A stretch of 28,294 nt of DNA, taken from Rhodanobacteraceae bacterium (GTDB lineage: Bacteria > Pseudomonadota > Gammaproteobacteria > Xanthomonadales > Rhodanobacteraceae). Positions within the stretch are counted from its first letter, which is position 1. Each line of letters opens with the position of its first letter. Location: NCBI GenBank assembly GCA_050738135.1, contig JBOHYV010000001.1, forward strand, positions 1-28,294. Reading direction: 5' to 3'. The notes under the pieces were generated by a model. The model had not been told where the DNA came from, made no database searches, and worked only from the letters and a program-made list of their open reading frames with translations. The translations under genes and the position numbers were made by a program. Shown here in pieces: positions 18,769 to 27,112 of the stretch.

Positions 18769-19806
18769 ATGTCAGCAGGAAGTGCTCAAACCGGTACCGT
18801 TGCCTTGCCGCGTGAAGTGCCGCCCGATGATGCCGCTTCGCCGCTGCATACCCGGTTCACCGCACTGCGTGACGCGTTGCAAGCCGAAGTCATCGGCCAG
18901 CCCGCGCTCGTCGAACGCCTGCTGATCGCACTGCTGGCGGATGGTCACCTGCTGGTGGAAGGTGCGCCGGGCCTTGCCAAGACCACCGCGGTCAAGGCCC
19001 TGGCCACGCGCATCGAAGCCGATTTTCATCGCGTGCAGTTCACGCCGGATCTCCTGCCCGCCGATCTCACGGGCACCGACGTCCTGCGTCCCCAGACCGG
19101 TACGTTCGAGTTCGAACGCGGCCCCTTGTTCCACAACCTCGTATTGGCTGACGAAATCAATCGAGCGCCGGCCAAGGTCCAGTCCGCGTTGCTGGAAGCC
19201 ATGGCGGAACGCCAGGTCACGATCGGTCACCGCTCGTGGCCGTTGCCGAAGTTGTTTCTGGTGATGGCGACGCAGAACCCCATCGAGCAGGAAGGCACCT
19301 TTCCGCTGCCCGAGGCCCAACTCGACCGATTCCTGCTGCATGTGCCGGTGCGCTACCCCGCAGCCGGCGCCGAACGCGACATCATGCGTCTTGCACAGCG
19401 TCGTGCGCGGGATGAACTCGGACCGCACCCGGCACCCGATCGGCTGTTGACGCAAGCCGACATTTTTTCGGCACGCGAGCAGGTGCTGGGTCTGCACCTT
19501 GCCGAAGGCCTCGCAGAATACATTGTGCAACTGGTGCTGGCGACCCGGGACCCGCGGCCGTGGGCGCCGAAATTGTGCGACAAGATCGACTGGGGCGCGA
19601 GTCCGCGCGCCAGTATCGCACTGGAACGCTGCGTCCGCGCGGCTGCATGGCTGGCCGGTCGTGATTACGTGCTGCCCGAGGACGTGCAAACACTCGCACC
19701 CGACGTGCTGCGTCACCGGGTGTTGCTGGGTTACGAGGCCGAAGCCGAAGGTCTGCGCGTCGATGATGTGGTGCAGACCTTGCTGGAACGTGTCCCTTTG
19801 CCCTGA
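18769..19806 (+). CDS. moxR: MoxR-family AAA+ ATPase
   Basis: Walker A GAPGLAKT, RVQFTPDLLPAD, Walker B LADEINRAPAKVQSALLEAM, ATQNPIEQEGTFPLPEAQLDRF and GASPR motifs. Confidence 0.93.
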   Translation: MSAGSAQTGTVALPREVPPDDAASPLHTRFTALRDALQAEVIGQPALVERLLIALLADGHLLVEGAPGLAKTTAVKALATRIEADFHRVQFTPDLLPADLTGTDVLRPQTGTFEFERGPLFHNLVLADEINRAPAKVQSALLEAMAERQVTIGHRSWPLPKLFLVMATQNPIEQEGTFPLPEAQLDRFLLHVPVRYPAAGAERDIMRLAQRRARDELGPHPAPDRLLTQADIFSAREQVLGLHLAEGLAEYIVQLVLATRDPRPWAPKLCDKIDWGASPRASIALERCVRAAAWLAGRDYVLPEDVQTLAPDVLRHRVLLGYEAEAEGLRVDDVVQTLLERVPLP

Positions 19807-19822
19807 ATGCTGCGCGACGATA

Positions 19823-19923
19823 CACCCCCTTTGGAACGAAGGGGGTCGCGCGAAGCGCGGGGGGATGCCACCGCCTGAAGCGAAAGGCCATCCCCCTCAT
19901 TCCCCTTCGCTGGCGAAGGGGAA
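19823..19923. repeat. REP-like doublet, an inverted copy of the 10167-10287 family
   Basis: CACCCCCTTTGGAACGAAGGGGGTCGCGCGAAGCGCGGGGGGATG (19823-19867) and GCCATCCCCCTCATTCCCCTTCGCTGGCGAAGGGGAA (19887-19923) are near reverse complements of the two elements at 10241-10287 and 10167-10204. Confidence 0.8.
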
Positions 19924-19946
19924 TACCCGAACCGTTCGCACCCATC

Positions 19947-20891
19947 ATGTCCGCCGCTGCCACTAATCGTTCAGATCATCCAGACGGCGTCACGCGCGTT
20001 GATCTGGCCGAATTGATCGCAATGCGCGCGCGCGCCGGCAAGCCGGCCGGGGCACACATCCACACGCGTACGTCGCTCGCCGGCGGCCATGTCTCCGCGT
20101 TGCGCGGGCGCGGCATGGACTACGCCGAATCCCGCATCTATCAAGCGGGCGACGACGCGCGCAACATCGACTGGCGGCGTACCGCGCGCAGCGGCAAGTG
20201 GCACACCAAGCTGTTCGAAGCGGAGCGCGAGCGCAGCCTGCTGCTGTTGGTCGATACCCACCCGACGATGCGCTTCGGAACGCGCGTCCGCTACAAGTCC
20301 GTGGCTGCGGCGCGTGCGGCGGCGTGGTTGGCGTGGACGTGCGTGCGCGGCGGTGACCGGGTGGGCACGTTCGCGTTTGGCAGCGTGCGTGACGCGGTCG
20401 ATCCGCACGCGGGAACGCGCGGTGCGCTGAACGCGTTGGGAGCGCTGGTGCGTTGGGACGCGCTGGCCCGCAGTGGCGACGCAGCGGGCGAATCCCTGTC
20501 GATTGCGCTGGTGCGCGCACGGCAGCTGGTGCCGCCGGGAAGCCGGGTATGGCTGCTGTCGGATGGCTGGTGTACGGATGAAGCGGCGCCGGCCGCCCTC
20601 GTGCGCATGGCGCACCACGCTGATCTACGGGTGGTCATACTGGTTGATGCGCTGGAACGCGAGTTGGCGCCGGCAGGTTCTTATCTGTTCGAATCGGGTT
20701 CGGAAAAGTTCGCAATCGACCTCTCCCGCACGTCAGCCCGTGCACAATTTCGCGAATGCCTCGCACAGGGTTGGCAGCGGCTTTCCCGGGCCTGCGATGG
20801 TGCGGGCGTGGCATGGACGGCGCTGGCGACGAATGACGAACCCGACGCCGGCTTGGCCGCCTTCCTGCGCAGGCGGATCAGGCGGCCATGA
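19947..20891 (+). CDS. DUF58 family protein (MoxR-associated)
   Basis: GRGMDYAESRIYQAGDDARNIDWRRTAR and TKLFEAERER motifs; typical position after moxR. Confidence 0.9.
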   Translation: MSAAATNRSDHPDGVTRVDLAELIAMRARAGKPAGAHIHTRTSLAGGHVSALRGRGMDYAESRIYQAGDDARNIDWRRTARSGKWHTKLFEAERERSLLLLVDTHPTMRFGTRVRYKSVAAARAAAWLAWTCVRGGDRVGTFAFGSVRDAVDPHAGTRGALNALGALVRWDALARSGDAAGESLSIALVRARQLVPPGSRVWLLSDGWCTDEAAPAALVRMAHHADLRVVILVDALERELAPAGSYLFESGSEKFAIDLSRTSARAQFRECLAQGWQRLSRACDGAGVAWTALATNDEPDAGLAAFLRRRIRRP

Positions 20892-21403
20892 ATCCGCAAG
20901 GTCCCGTGCTGCGCGATATCCACCTGCCGTCGGCAGCATGGTGGCCGCCCGCGCCGGCTTGGTGGTTGCTCGCCGCCGCGGTGGTCCTGATCGCAGCGGG
21001 TATTGCATGGTGGCTGCGGCGCCGTGCGCGGTTGCGCCCGTTGCGTGCGACGTTGCGGGAGATCGATGCCATTCGATCCGCATTCGAGCGCAGCGGCGAC
21101 GTGGTGCGGCTGACCGAGAACGCGTCGTACCTGCTGCGACGGGTTGCCTGCAGGATCGATCGCGCTGCCGCGAGCCGCAGTGGTACTGCATGGCGAGTGT
21201 TCCTGCATCGTTACGCGCGTGATGCCGCAACCTTGCGGGCAATCGATGCTCTGGCCGAGGTGCGCTTTCACGCGACTCCGGCGGTGGACGCGGCGGTGCT
21301 TTTGCCCGCACTGCGCACCTGGTGCCGTGATGCGTTGCACGCACGGGCTGCGGCGGCACGCGCCGGAACGCCGGCGCAGATGCAGCGGGCGACATCGCCA
21401 TGA
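20888..21403 (+). CDS. DUF4381-like membrane protein
   Basis: LRDIHLP...WWPPAPAWWLL motif followed by a TM helix, YLLRRVA and SGTAW; ATGA-coupled to both neighbours. Confidence 0.85.
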   Translation: MNPQGPVLRDIHLPSAAWWPPAPAWWLLAAAVVLIAAGIAWWLRRRARLRPLRATLREIDAIRSAFERSGDVVRLTENASYLLRRVACRIDRAAASRSGTAWRVFLHRYARDAATLRAIDALAEVRFHATPAVDAAVLLPALRTWCRDALHARAAAARAGTPAQMQRATSP

Positions 21404-22380
21404 TCTTCGCCTGGCCATGGATGTTCCTGTTGCTGCCGCTGCCGTGGCTGGCGTGGAAGCTCCTGCCGCCTGCCGCACCGGGTGCGGCCTTGCACCTGCC
21501 GCAGCGGGTCGAGCTCGCGCGAACCGCAGCGGGTGTCCGCACGTCGCGCTGGCGACTGGGCGTGGCAGCGCTGGCGTGGTTGGCGCTGGTGTGCGCGGCG
21601 GCGCGCCCGCAACAACCGGCGCCGCCCCAGGCATTGACGCACACCGGGCGGGCCCTGATGCTGGCGGTCGATTGCTCGGGCAGCATGGCGATCGAGGACA
21701 TGCGTTTCGGCGATCAGGCGGTCAGCCGGTTCGCCGCGGTCAAGGCGATTGCGCGACGCTTCATCCGCGCACGTTCCGGCGACGACGTAGGGTTGATCCT
21801 GTTTGGCACCCACGCGTACCTGCTGACGCCGATGACCTTCGACGTGAACGCGGTCGCCAAACAGATGACCGGCGCTGCGATCGGACTGGCCGGGCGCGAA
21901 ACCGCGATCGGGGACGCGATCGTGCTGGCCGTCAAGCACCTCGAGGCGCTGCCCGCGCGCGCGCGGGTGCTGGTCCTGCTCACCGACGGCGTCAATACCG
22001 CGGGCGCCGTGGCGCCGCTGGATGCCGCCAGGCTCGCCAAGGCGGCGGATGTCCGCGTCTACACGATCGGCGTCGGCTCCGATGCGCGGGCGTTCAGCGT
22101 GTTCGGCATGCAACTGCCAGTGGCCAACAACGCACTCGACGTGCAGGCGTTGTCGCAAATCGCGAGCGAGACCGGCGGCCGGTTCTTCCGCGCCGGGAAC
22201 GCCGATCAATTGGCGGCCGCCTACCGCGCCGTCGACGCGCTGGAACCGCTGGCGCGCGGCGAGTCGATGCTGCGTCCGGATCACGAGTGGTATCCGTGGC
22301 CATTGGGGCTGGCGTTGTTGCTGGGATGCATCCTGTTGCCGTGGCGTACATGGCTGCCACGCAAGGCAATGCAGGCATGA
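21400..22380 (+). CDS. BatA-like membrane-anchored vWA-domain protein
   Basis: FAWPW N-terminus, LARPQ-like AARPQ, intact MIDAS DCSGS (21670-21684), TAIGDAI, LLTDG, TGGRFFRA and a C-terminal TM helix. Confidence 0.9.
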   Translation: MIFAWPWMFLLLPLPWLAWKLLPPAAPGAALHLPQRVELARTAAGVRTSRWRLGVAALAWLALVCAAARPQQPAPPQALTHTGRALMLAVDCSGSMAIEDMRFGDQAVSRFAAVKAIARRFIRARSGDDVGLILFGTHAYLLTPMTFDVNAVAKQMTGAAIGLAGRETAIGDAIVLAVKHLEALPARARVLVLLTDGVNTAGAVAPLDAARLAKAADVRVYTIGVGSDARAFSVFGMQLPVANNALDVQALSQIASETGGRFFRAGNADQLAAAYRAVDALEPLARGESMLRPDHEWYPWPLGLALLLGCILLPWRTWLPRKAMQA

Positions 22381-24215
22381 ACGCCATCGATTTTCCGCTG
22401 CATTTCCTGCGTCCATGGTGGTGGCTCGCAATGGCACCGTTGCCGCTGGCGTTGTGGATGCTCGTGCGCAGCGTCGGCGGCCGTGCAGCGCTGGCGCGCC
22501 TGGCCGATGCTGCATTGCTGCCGCACCTCGTCCATGACACCGGTTCGCGCAAACGGGTGACGCTGGCGCTGTTCGGGTTGGCGTGGCTGCTGGCCGCCGC
22601 CGCAATGTCGGGCCCGGCGTGGCAAAAAGTCGCGACGCCGCTGTACGTCAACGGTGCGGCGCGGGTGGTGGCGCTGTCGCTGTCCAGCGACATGCTGGCG
22701 ACGGATTTGAAGCCCGACCGCATGACCCGTGCGCGTTTCGCCGTGCGCGATCTGCTGGATGATGCGGGCGACGCGCGTACGGCGCTGGTTGCCTATGCTG
22801 GTGCGGCGTTCACGGTCGCACCGTTGACCGACGACAAACGCACCGTCCTGAACCTGTTGCGTGCGCTGCAACCGGACGTGATGCCGGTGCCTGGCAATGA
22901 TGCCGCCGCCGGCATCCGGCAGGCGGCCACGTTGCTCAGGCAGTCGCACGTGCAAGGCGGCGAGATCGTGCTGGTGACCGATACTGCCGATGACGAGGCG
23001 GTGGAGGCGGCGCGCGCCGCCCACGCGCACGGCATCCGCGTGGATGTGCTGGGTGTCGGCACCGAGCAGGGCGCGCCGGTGCCGCAGCCTGGCGGCGGCT
23101 TCGCGAATGGGGCGAACGGATTGTTGCTGGCGCGACGCGATAATTCTGCATTGCGCGCGGTCGCGCGTGCAGGCGGCGGACATTATGCGGTCCTGCAAGC
23201 CGACGGCAGCGGCGTGGCGGCGCTGGGAGCACCCGCCGCCGAGCGTGGGCGCTCCGACCACCGCGAACGGGCGCAGTTGTGGCGCGACGGCGGCATCTGG
23301 CTGTTGCCCGCACTGCTGATTCTCGCAGCACTGGCGTTCCGGCGCGGCTGGCTGCTGGTGCTGGCGGTGCTGGTATTGCCGCTCGGCGTGCCGGTGGCGC
23401 ACGCCGGAACGAGGTGGGAATCGTGGTTCTCCAATCGCGATCAGCGCGCGTTGCAGGCGTTGCAGCACGGGCATGCGAGCGAGGCCCGGAAACTGGCGGC
23501 TTCACCGGCGCTGCGGGGCGCGGCGAACTATCGCGCGGGCGACTACGCCGATGCCGCCAGGGCCTTTGCGCAAGGCCGCGGCGCACGCTCGCGTTACAAC
23601 CTCGGCAATGCATTGGCGAAGCAGGGCAAGTACAAGAATGCGATTGAGGCTTACCGGAAGGCCTTGCAGCGCGACCCCGACATGGTCGATGCCCGCGCGA
23701 ACCTGGACTCCGTCGAGAATTGGTTGAAACGGCACCCGAATCACGCGACGCAGCAGGGCGCACAGTCCAGCCAACGCTCGGGCACGGCGCCGAACCATGG
23801 GTCGTCGTCACGGGGCTCAGACTCGCAGCCGGGGGCGAACCATGGGCAGAATTCAGCGCGAAACGGTGCGGGAGGCGCCACGCCGCAGGGCGCCCAGGGC
23901 GGCACGCGGCCATCGGGTCGCGACGGCGCATCGGCTGGCGAAAACGCGGAGCAGCGTCGGCAGGCCAGTCAAGCCGCACAAGGCCTGGCGCGTGAATTGA
24001 AACAGGTGGGGCCGGGACAGCGTTCGCGGCCAGCCGGTGGTGGACCGGCTTTTGCGCTGGGACGATCCGGACGGACGCGCGATGACGGATTGAATGCGCA
24101 GCAACGCGCGATGTTGCACGCGGTGCCGGACGACCCGGGCGCATTGCTGCGCCGCAAATTCCGGCTGGAGTGGGAACAACGCAACGGGCAAAAGCCGGAG
24201 GATCGGCAACCGTGA
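22377..24215 (+). CDS. BatB/BatC-like vWA + TPR membrane protein
   Basis: ATG 22377 overlaps the upstream stop. HFLRPWW, GPAW, DLKPDR and VAPLTDD motifs; TPRs (YRAGDY, YNLGNALAKQG..AIEAY); Gln/Gly/Ser-rich linker; VPDDPGALLRRKF C-terminal motif. Confidence 0.88.
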   Translation: MNAIDFPLHFLRPWWWLAMAPLPLALWMLVRSVGGRAALARLADAALLPHLVHDTGSRKRVTLALFGLAWLLAAAAMSGPAWQKVATPLYVNGAARVVALSLSSDMLATDLKPDRMTRARFAVRDLLDDAGDARTALVAYAGAAFTVAPLTDDKRTVLNLLRALQPDVMPVPGNDAAAGIRQAATLLRQSHVQGGEIVLVTDTADDEAVEAARAAHAHGIRVDVLGVGTEQGAPVPQPGGGFANGANGLLLARRDNSALRAVARAGGGHYAVLQADGSGVAALGAPAAERGRSDHRERAQLWRDGGIWLLPALLILAALAFRRGWLLVLAVLVLPLGVPVAHAGTRWESWFSNRDQRALQALQHGHASEARKLAASPALRGAANYRAGDYADAARAFAQGRGARSRYNLGNALAKQGKYKNAIEAYRKALQRDPDMVDARANLDSVENWLKRHPNHATQQGAQSSQRSGTAPNHGSSSRGSDSQPGANHGQNSARNGAGGATPQGAQGGTRPSGRDGASAGENAEQRRQASQAAQGLARELKQVGPGQRSRPAGGGPAFALGRSGRTRDDGLNAQQRAMLHAVPDDPGALLRRKFRLEWEQRNGQKPEDRQP

Positions 24216-26083
24216 GACGCTGGTGGTGGATCGCGCTGTTGGTGTTGCTGGCGCCGCTGGCGCAGGCAGGGACCCCCTCGGCCGCCTCGGGGTCGGTGCA
24301 TGCGTTCCTGAATCGCAGCCACGTCAGCCTCGGCGACGTCGTCACCCTCAACATCCGGTCGAGCGGATCGATCGGAACCCCGGACCTGTCGCCACTGCAG
24401 AAGGACTTCCAGGTACTCGGCACGTCGCGTTCCCGCAGCGTGCAAATCGTCAATGGCAAGACGACCACCATGTCGCAAATCGGTGTCGCATTGAAACCGC
24501 TGCACGGTGGCACCCTGGTCATCCCGCCGTTCGACGTGGGCGGTGCGAAGACCCAGGCGCTGACGTTGCACGTCGGCGCGGCGCCATCGGGAGGCATCGG
24601 CAAGGTCGGCGACCCCGTGTTCATGGAAACGGCGGTGCTATCGAGTTCGCCCTGGGTGGGCCAGCAAACCGTCTATACCGTGCGTTTGTTTTACCTGCCT
24701 GGCGTCGATGGCTCGCTGGGCGATCCGACTGCCGACGGTGCACGCCTGATCAGGCTCGATCGCGATCACCGCTACACCACCGAACGCAACGGTTACACCT
24801 ACAAGGTCGTCGAGCGCAGCTGGGCATTGCTCCCGCAGCGCAGCGGTGCGATCACGGTACAGGGGCCGGCGTTCCAGGGGCGGCAGTTGGCGCCGGGAAG
24901 TCCCAACTCGTGGTTGCGCAATCCGAACATGTTTCTCAACCATCCCAACGCGCTGTTGAACGGTCAGGTCCCGGGCTTTGGCACCCCGGTGGACGCGACG
25001 GCGCCGCTGACGCACATTGAGGCACGCGCGGCGCCCGTGAATGGGGGCAAGCCGTGGCTGCCGGCGCGCAAGCTGCAGTTGAAGCTGGCCGGACTGCCGG
25101 CGAACGGCAAAGTGGATGCGGGTGCGCCGTTGACGGTCACCTTGAGCATCAGCGCTGACGGGCAACCGGCCGATGCGTTGCCGGAACCTCAATTGCCGCC
25201 GATTGCGGGGGCCCGCGTCTACCCCGATCAGACACGCGATGCGACCGACGACACCGGACAATGGCTGAAAGGAAGTCGCACGCGCAGTTTCGCGATCGTG
25301 CCACGGCGCAACGGAAAGCTCATGATCCCGGCGATCACCCTGAGCTGGTGGAATGTCACCAGCGGGCGTGCCGAGAAGGCGACTTTGCCGGCACACACGT
25401 TGCACATCAGGGGGGTCGTGGCGAATGCACCGGGTCCGTCGGCGCCACCCGGCTCGACAACCGTGGCCAGCCATGGTGTCGGTGTGCCGCCGGCTTCTGC
25501 CACGTCGACGTCGGTTCCCGTCGCCGGCGCGGCAGCGGGGGCATCGCTGATCTGGCGTGACATCGCGCTCGCAAGCCTGGCGTTGTGGGGGCTCGTGATT
25601 CTGGTGGCGGGTGCGTGGTGGTGGCAACGGCACGCCTTGATGCCGCCATCTGCGGACGAACGGCCGGCGGGAACACGGCAAAGCGAGGGTACGGCGGACT
25701 CCACGCCGGATCGTGCTGCAACAGTGCCGATCGCGGCAGCGGACGAAGCCGCGGCAAGCCCCCATCCCCGGGCATTGCAACGGGAAACGCTGGATGCCGC
25801 GCGCAGCGGCGATGTCGCGGCGTGCGAGCACGCGGTGCTTGCCTGGGCGCGTGTAACGCGCCCGGAGATCACCCATCTCGGCGCGCTGCGTGAGGCGCTG
25901 TCCGATGGTGCGCAGCGCGAAGCGCTGGACCTGTTGCAGCGCGTGCGCTGGCAGGGCGGCGACGCGGCGCATGCCTGTGCTGCGGTGGCGCAAGCGTTCG
26001 CGCACGGCTTCGCATGGCGTGAAGATGACAAGTCCACGCGCACCCGTACTGCGGATCTTCCGCCGTTGTATCCGTCTTCCTGA
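24212..26083 (+). CDS. BatD-like protein
   Basis: GTG 24212 overlaps the upstream stop. Signal peptide, PDLSPLQKDF, QIVNGK, WVGQQ, LLPQRSG, WLPARKLQL, VYPDQ and WWNV motifs, a C-terminal TM helix and an LPPLYP end. Confidence 0.88.
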   Translation: MRRWWWIALLVLLAPLAQAGTPSAASGSVHAFLNRSHVSLGDVVTLNIRSSGSIGTPDLSPLQKDFQVLGTSRSRSVQIVNGKTTTMSQIGVALKPLHGGTLVIPPFDVGGAKTQALTLHVGAAPSGGIGKVGDPVFMETAVLSSSPWVGQQTVYTVRLFYLPGVDGSLGDPTADGARLIRLDRDHRYTTERNGYTYKVVERSWALLPQRSGAITVQGPAFQGRQLAPGSPNSWLRNPNMFLNHPNALLNGQVPGFGTPVDATAPLTHIEARAAPVNGGKPWLPARKLQLKLAGLPANGKVDAGAPLTVTLSISADGQPADALPEPQLPPIAGARVYPDQTRDATDDTGQWLKGSRTRSFAIVPRRNGKLMIPAITLSWWNVTSGRAEKATLPAHTLHIRGVVANAPGPSAPPGSTTVASHGVGVPPASATSTSVPVAGAAAGASLIWRDIALASLALWGLVILVAGAWWWQRHALMPPSADERPAGTRQSEGTADSTPDRAATVPIAAADEAAASPHPRALQRETLDAARSGDVAACEHAVLAWARVTRPEITHLGALREALSDGAQREALDLLQRVRWQGGDAAHACAAVAQAFAHGFAWREDDKSTRTRTADLPPLYPSS

Positions 26084-26104
26084 TGGAACATCCTCCGGCG
26101 TACT

Positions 26105-26149
26105 CATCCCCCGCCGCTGCGCGGCCACCCCCTTCCTGCGGAGGAGTGA
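26105..26149. repeat. Degenerate single copy of the CATCCCCC REP-like element
   Basis: CATCCCCCGCCGCTGCGCGGCCACCCCCTTCCTGCGGAGGAGTGA aligns by eye with 10241-10287. It lies between convergent genes. Confidence 0.65.
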
Positions 26150-26265
26150 AGGCGAGCTGCGTGCTGCTTCCGCGGACTTGCAAAAGGATGACGGCGGTTC
26201 GGCCTTTGCTTCCCGCTTCGGAACAGGATCGACGGGATGGCTCTTTTCAGGTCGGATGCAGTGCC

Positions 26266-26811
26266 TCAAATGCCTTCGAGTGTGACGTGCAGGCGTTTCG
26301 CGGCGCGACGCCAGGCTTCGGCCATTTCGCGATCGAACGCGCACAGCACGATGCGATGCGGCGTCAGCGTGCGGTTTTGTTCTTCGGCCAGCACCGCGAG
26401 GGCAACGCCCGCGGCGACGTCACGCGGATAGCCGTATACCCCACAACTGATCGCGGGAAACGCGATGCTGTCGATCGCGTGCTCACGCGCCAGCGCCAGC
26501 GCGTTGCGATGGCAGGCCGCGAGCAGGCCGGACTCGTCGTGGTTGCCGCCGTGCCAAACCGGACCGACGGTGTGGATCACCCAGCGCGCGGCTAGCTGGA
26601 ATCCCGGCGTGATCCGGGCTTCACCGGTCGGACAGCGCACGCCGGGATGGACCTCGGGAATCGCGCGACAGGCTTCGAGCAACTGCGAACCCGCGGCGCG
26701 GTGGATGGCGCCGTCGACCCCGCCACCCCCAAGCAATGTTTCGTTCGCCGCGTTGACGATCGCATCGAAGCGCAACGTGGTGATGTCGGATTGGATGATT
26801 TCGATGGACAT
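26266..26811 (-). CDS. ymdB: Macrodomain O-acetyl-ADP-ribose deacetylase (YmdB/MacroD type)
   Basis: DIT, DAIVNAAN..LLGGGGVDGAIHRAAG, VIHTVGPVW and AFPAISCGVYGYP motifs; ATG at 26811. Confidence 0.9.
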   Translation of the reverse strand: MSIEIIQSDITTLRFDAIVNAANETLLGGGGVDGAIHRAAGSQLLEACRAIPEVHPGVRCPTGEARITPGFQLAARWVIHTVGPVWHGGNHDESGLLAACHRNALALAREHAIDSIAFPAISCGVYGYPRDVAAGVALAVLAEEQNRTLTPHRIVLCAFDREMAEAWRRAAKRLHVTLEGI

Positions 26812-26836
26812 GGCAGCGACGGGGTCGCCGGTTGCT

Positions 26837-26990
26837 GGAACTTGCCTCAAATGCGATGAACCCCTCTCCCTCCGGGAGAGGGGCAGGGGTGAGGGTTCGA
26901 AAATGAAGGAACGTCAAGGCATTGCCGAACCCTCACCCGCTCTTCGGGCACCCTCTCCCACAGGGAGAGGGATTTTTTGAGACAGGTTCC
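26837..26990. mobile_element. Putative 154-bp MITE with 15-bp imperfect terminal inverted repeats
   Basis: Left end GGAACTTGCCTCAAA (26837-26851); right end TTTGAGACAGGTTCC (26976-26990), whose reverse complement GGAACCTGTCTCAAA matches at 13/15. No coding capacity and no target duplication seen. Confidence 0.5.
26861..26971. repeat. BoxC-like inverted REP pair (CCCTCTCCC..GGGAGAGGG / GGGTGAGGG)
   Basis: CCCCTCTCCCTCCGGGAGAGGGGCAGGGGTGAGGGTTCG (26861-26899) and CGAACCCTCACCCGCTCTTCGGGCACCCTCTCCCACAGGGAGAGGG (26926-26971). Confidence 0.85.
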
Positions 26991-27103
26991 AGCCTCGCCA
27001 TCCCTGACTCGGCAAGCAAGCCTCCCTGCCTCGGGCGTTCGGACCGGCGCGAACTGCCACTGGCAGTTCGCAAGCGCCGTCCCTTACCCCGGAGGGAGAG
27101 GGA
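26991..27103 (-). repeat. Half BoxC-like REP fused to a multi-hairpin structured element
   Basis: Minus strand reads TCCCTCTCCCTCCGGGGTAAGGG, then the perfect palindrome GCGAACTGCCA-N-TGGCAGTTCGC (27049-27071), then the GGA hairpin GTCAGGGATGGC. Motif order is shared with 7725-7843. Confidence 0.65.
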
Positions 27104-27112
27104 ACAACGTTT

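Noticed and set aside
21144..22376. 1023-aa fusion ORF extending the vWA-TPR gene upstream
   Set aside because: The extension overlaps the DUF4381-like and BatA-like genes in another frame. The real start is the ATGA-coupled ATG at 22377.
26266..26811. Macrodomain as the antitoxin of a DarTG-like or other defence system
   Set aside because: It is a stand-alone YmdB/MacroD-type protein with no adjacent ADP-ribosyltransferase or sirtuin gene.
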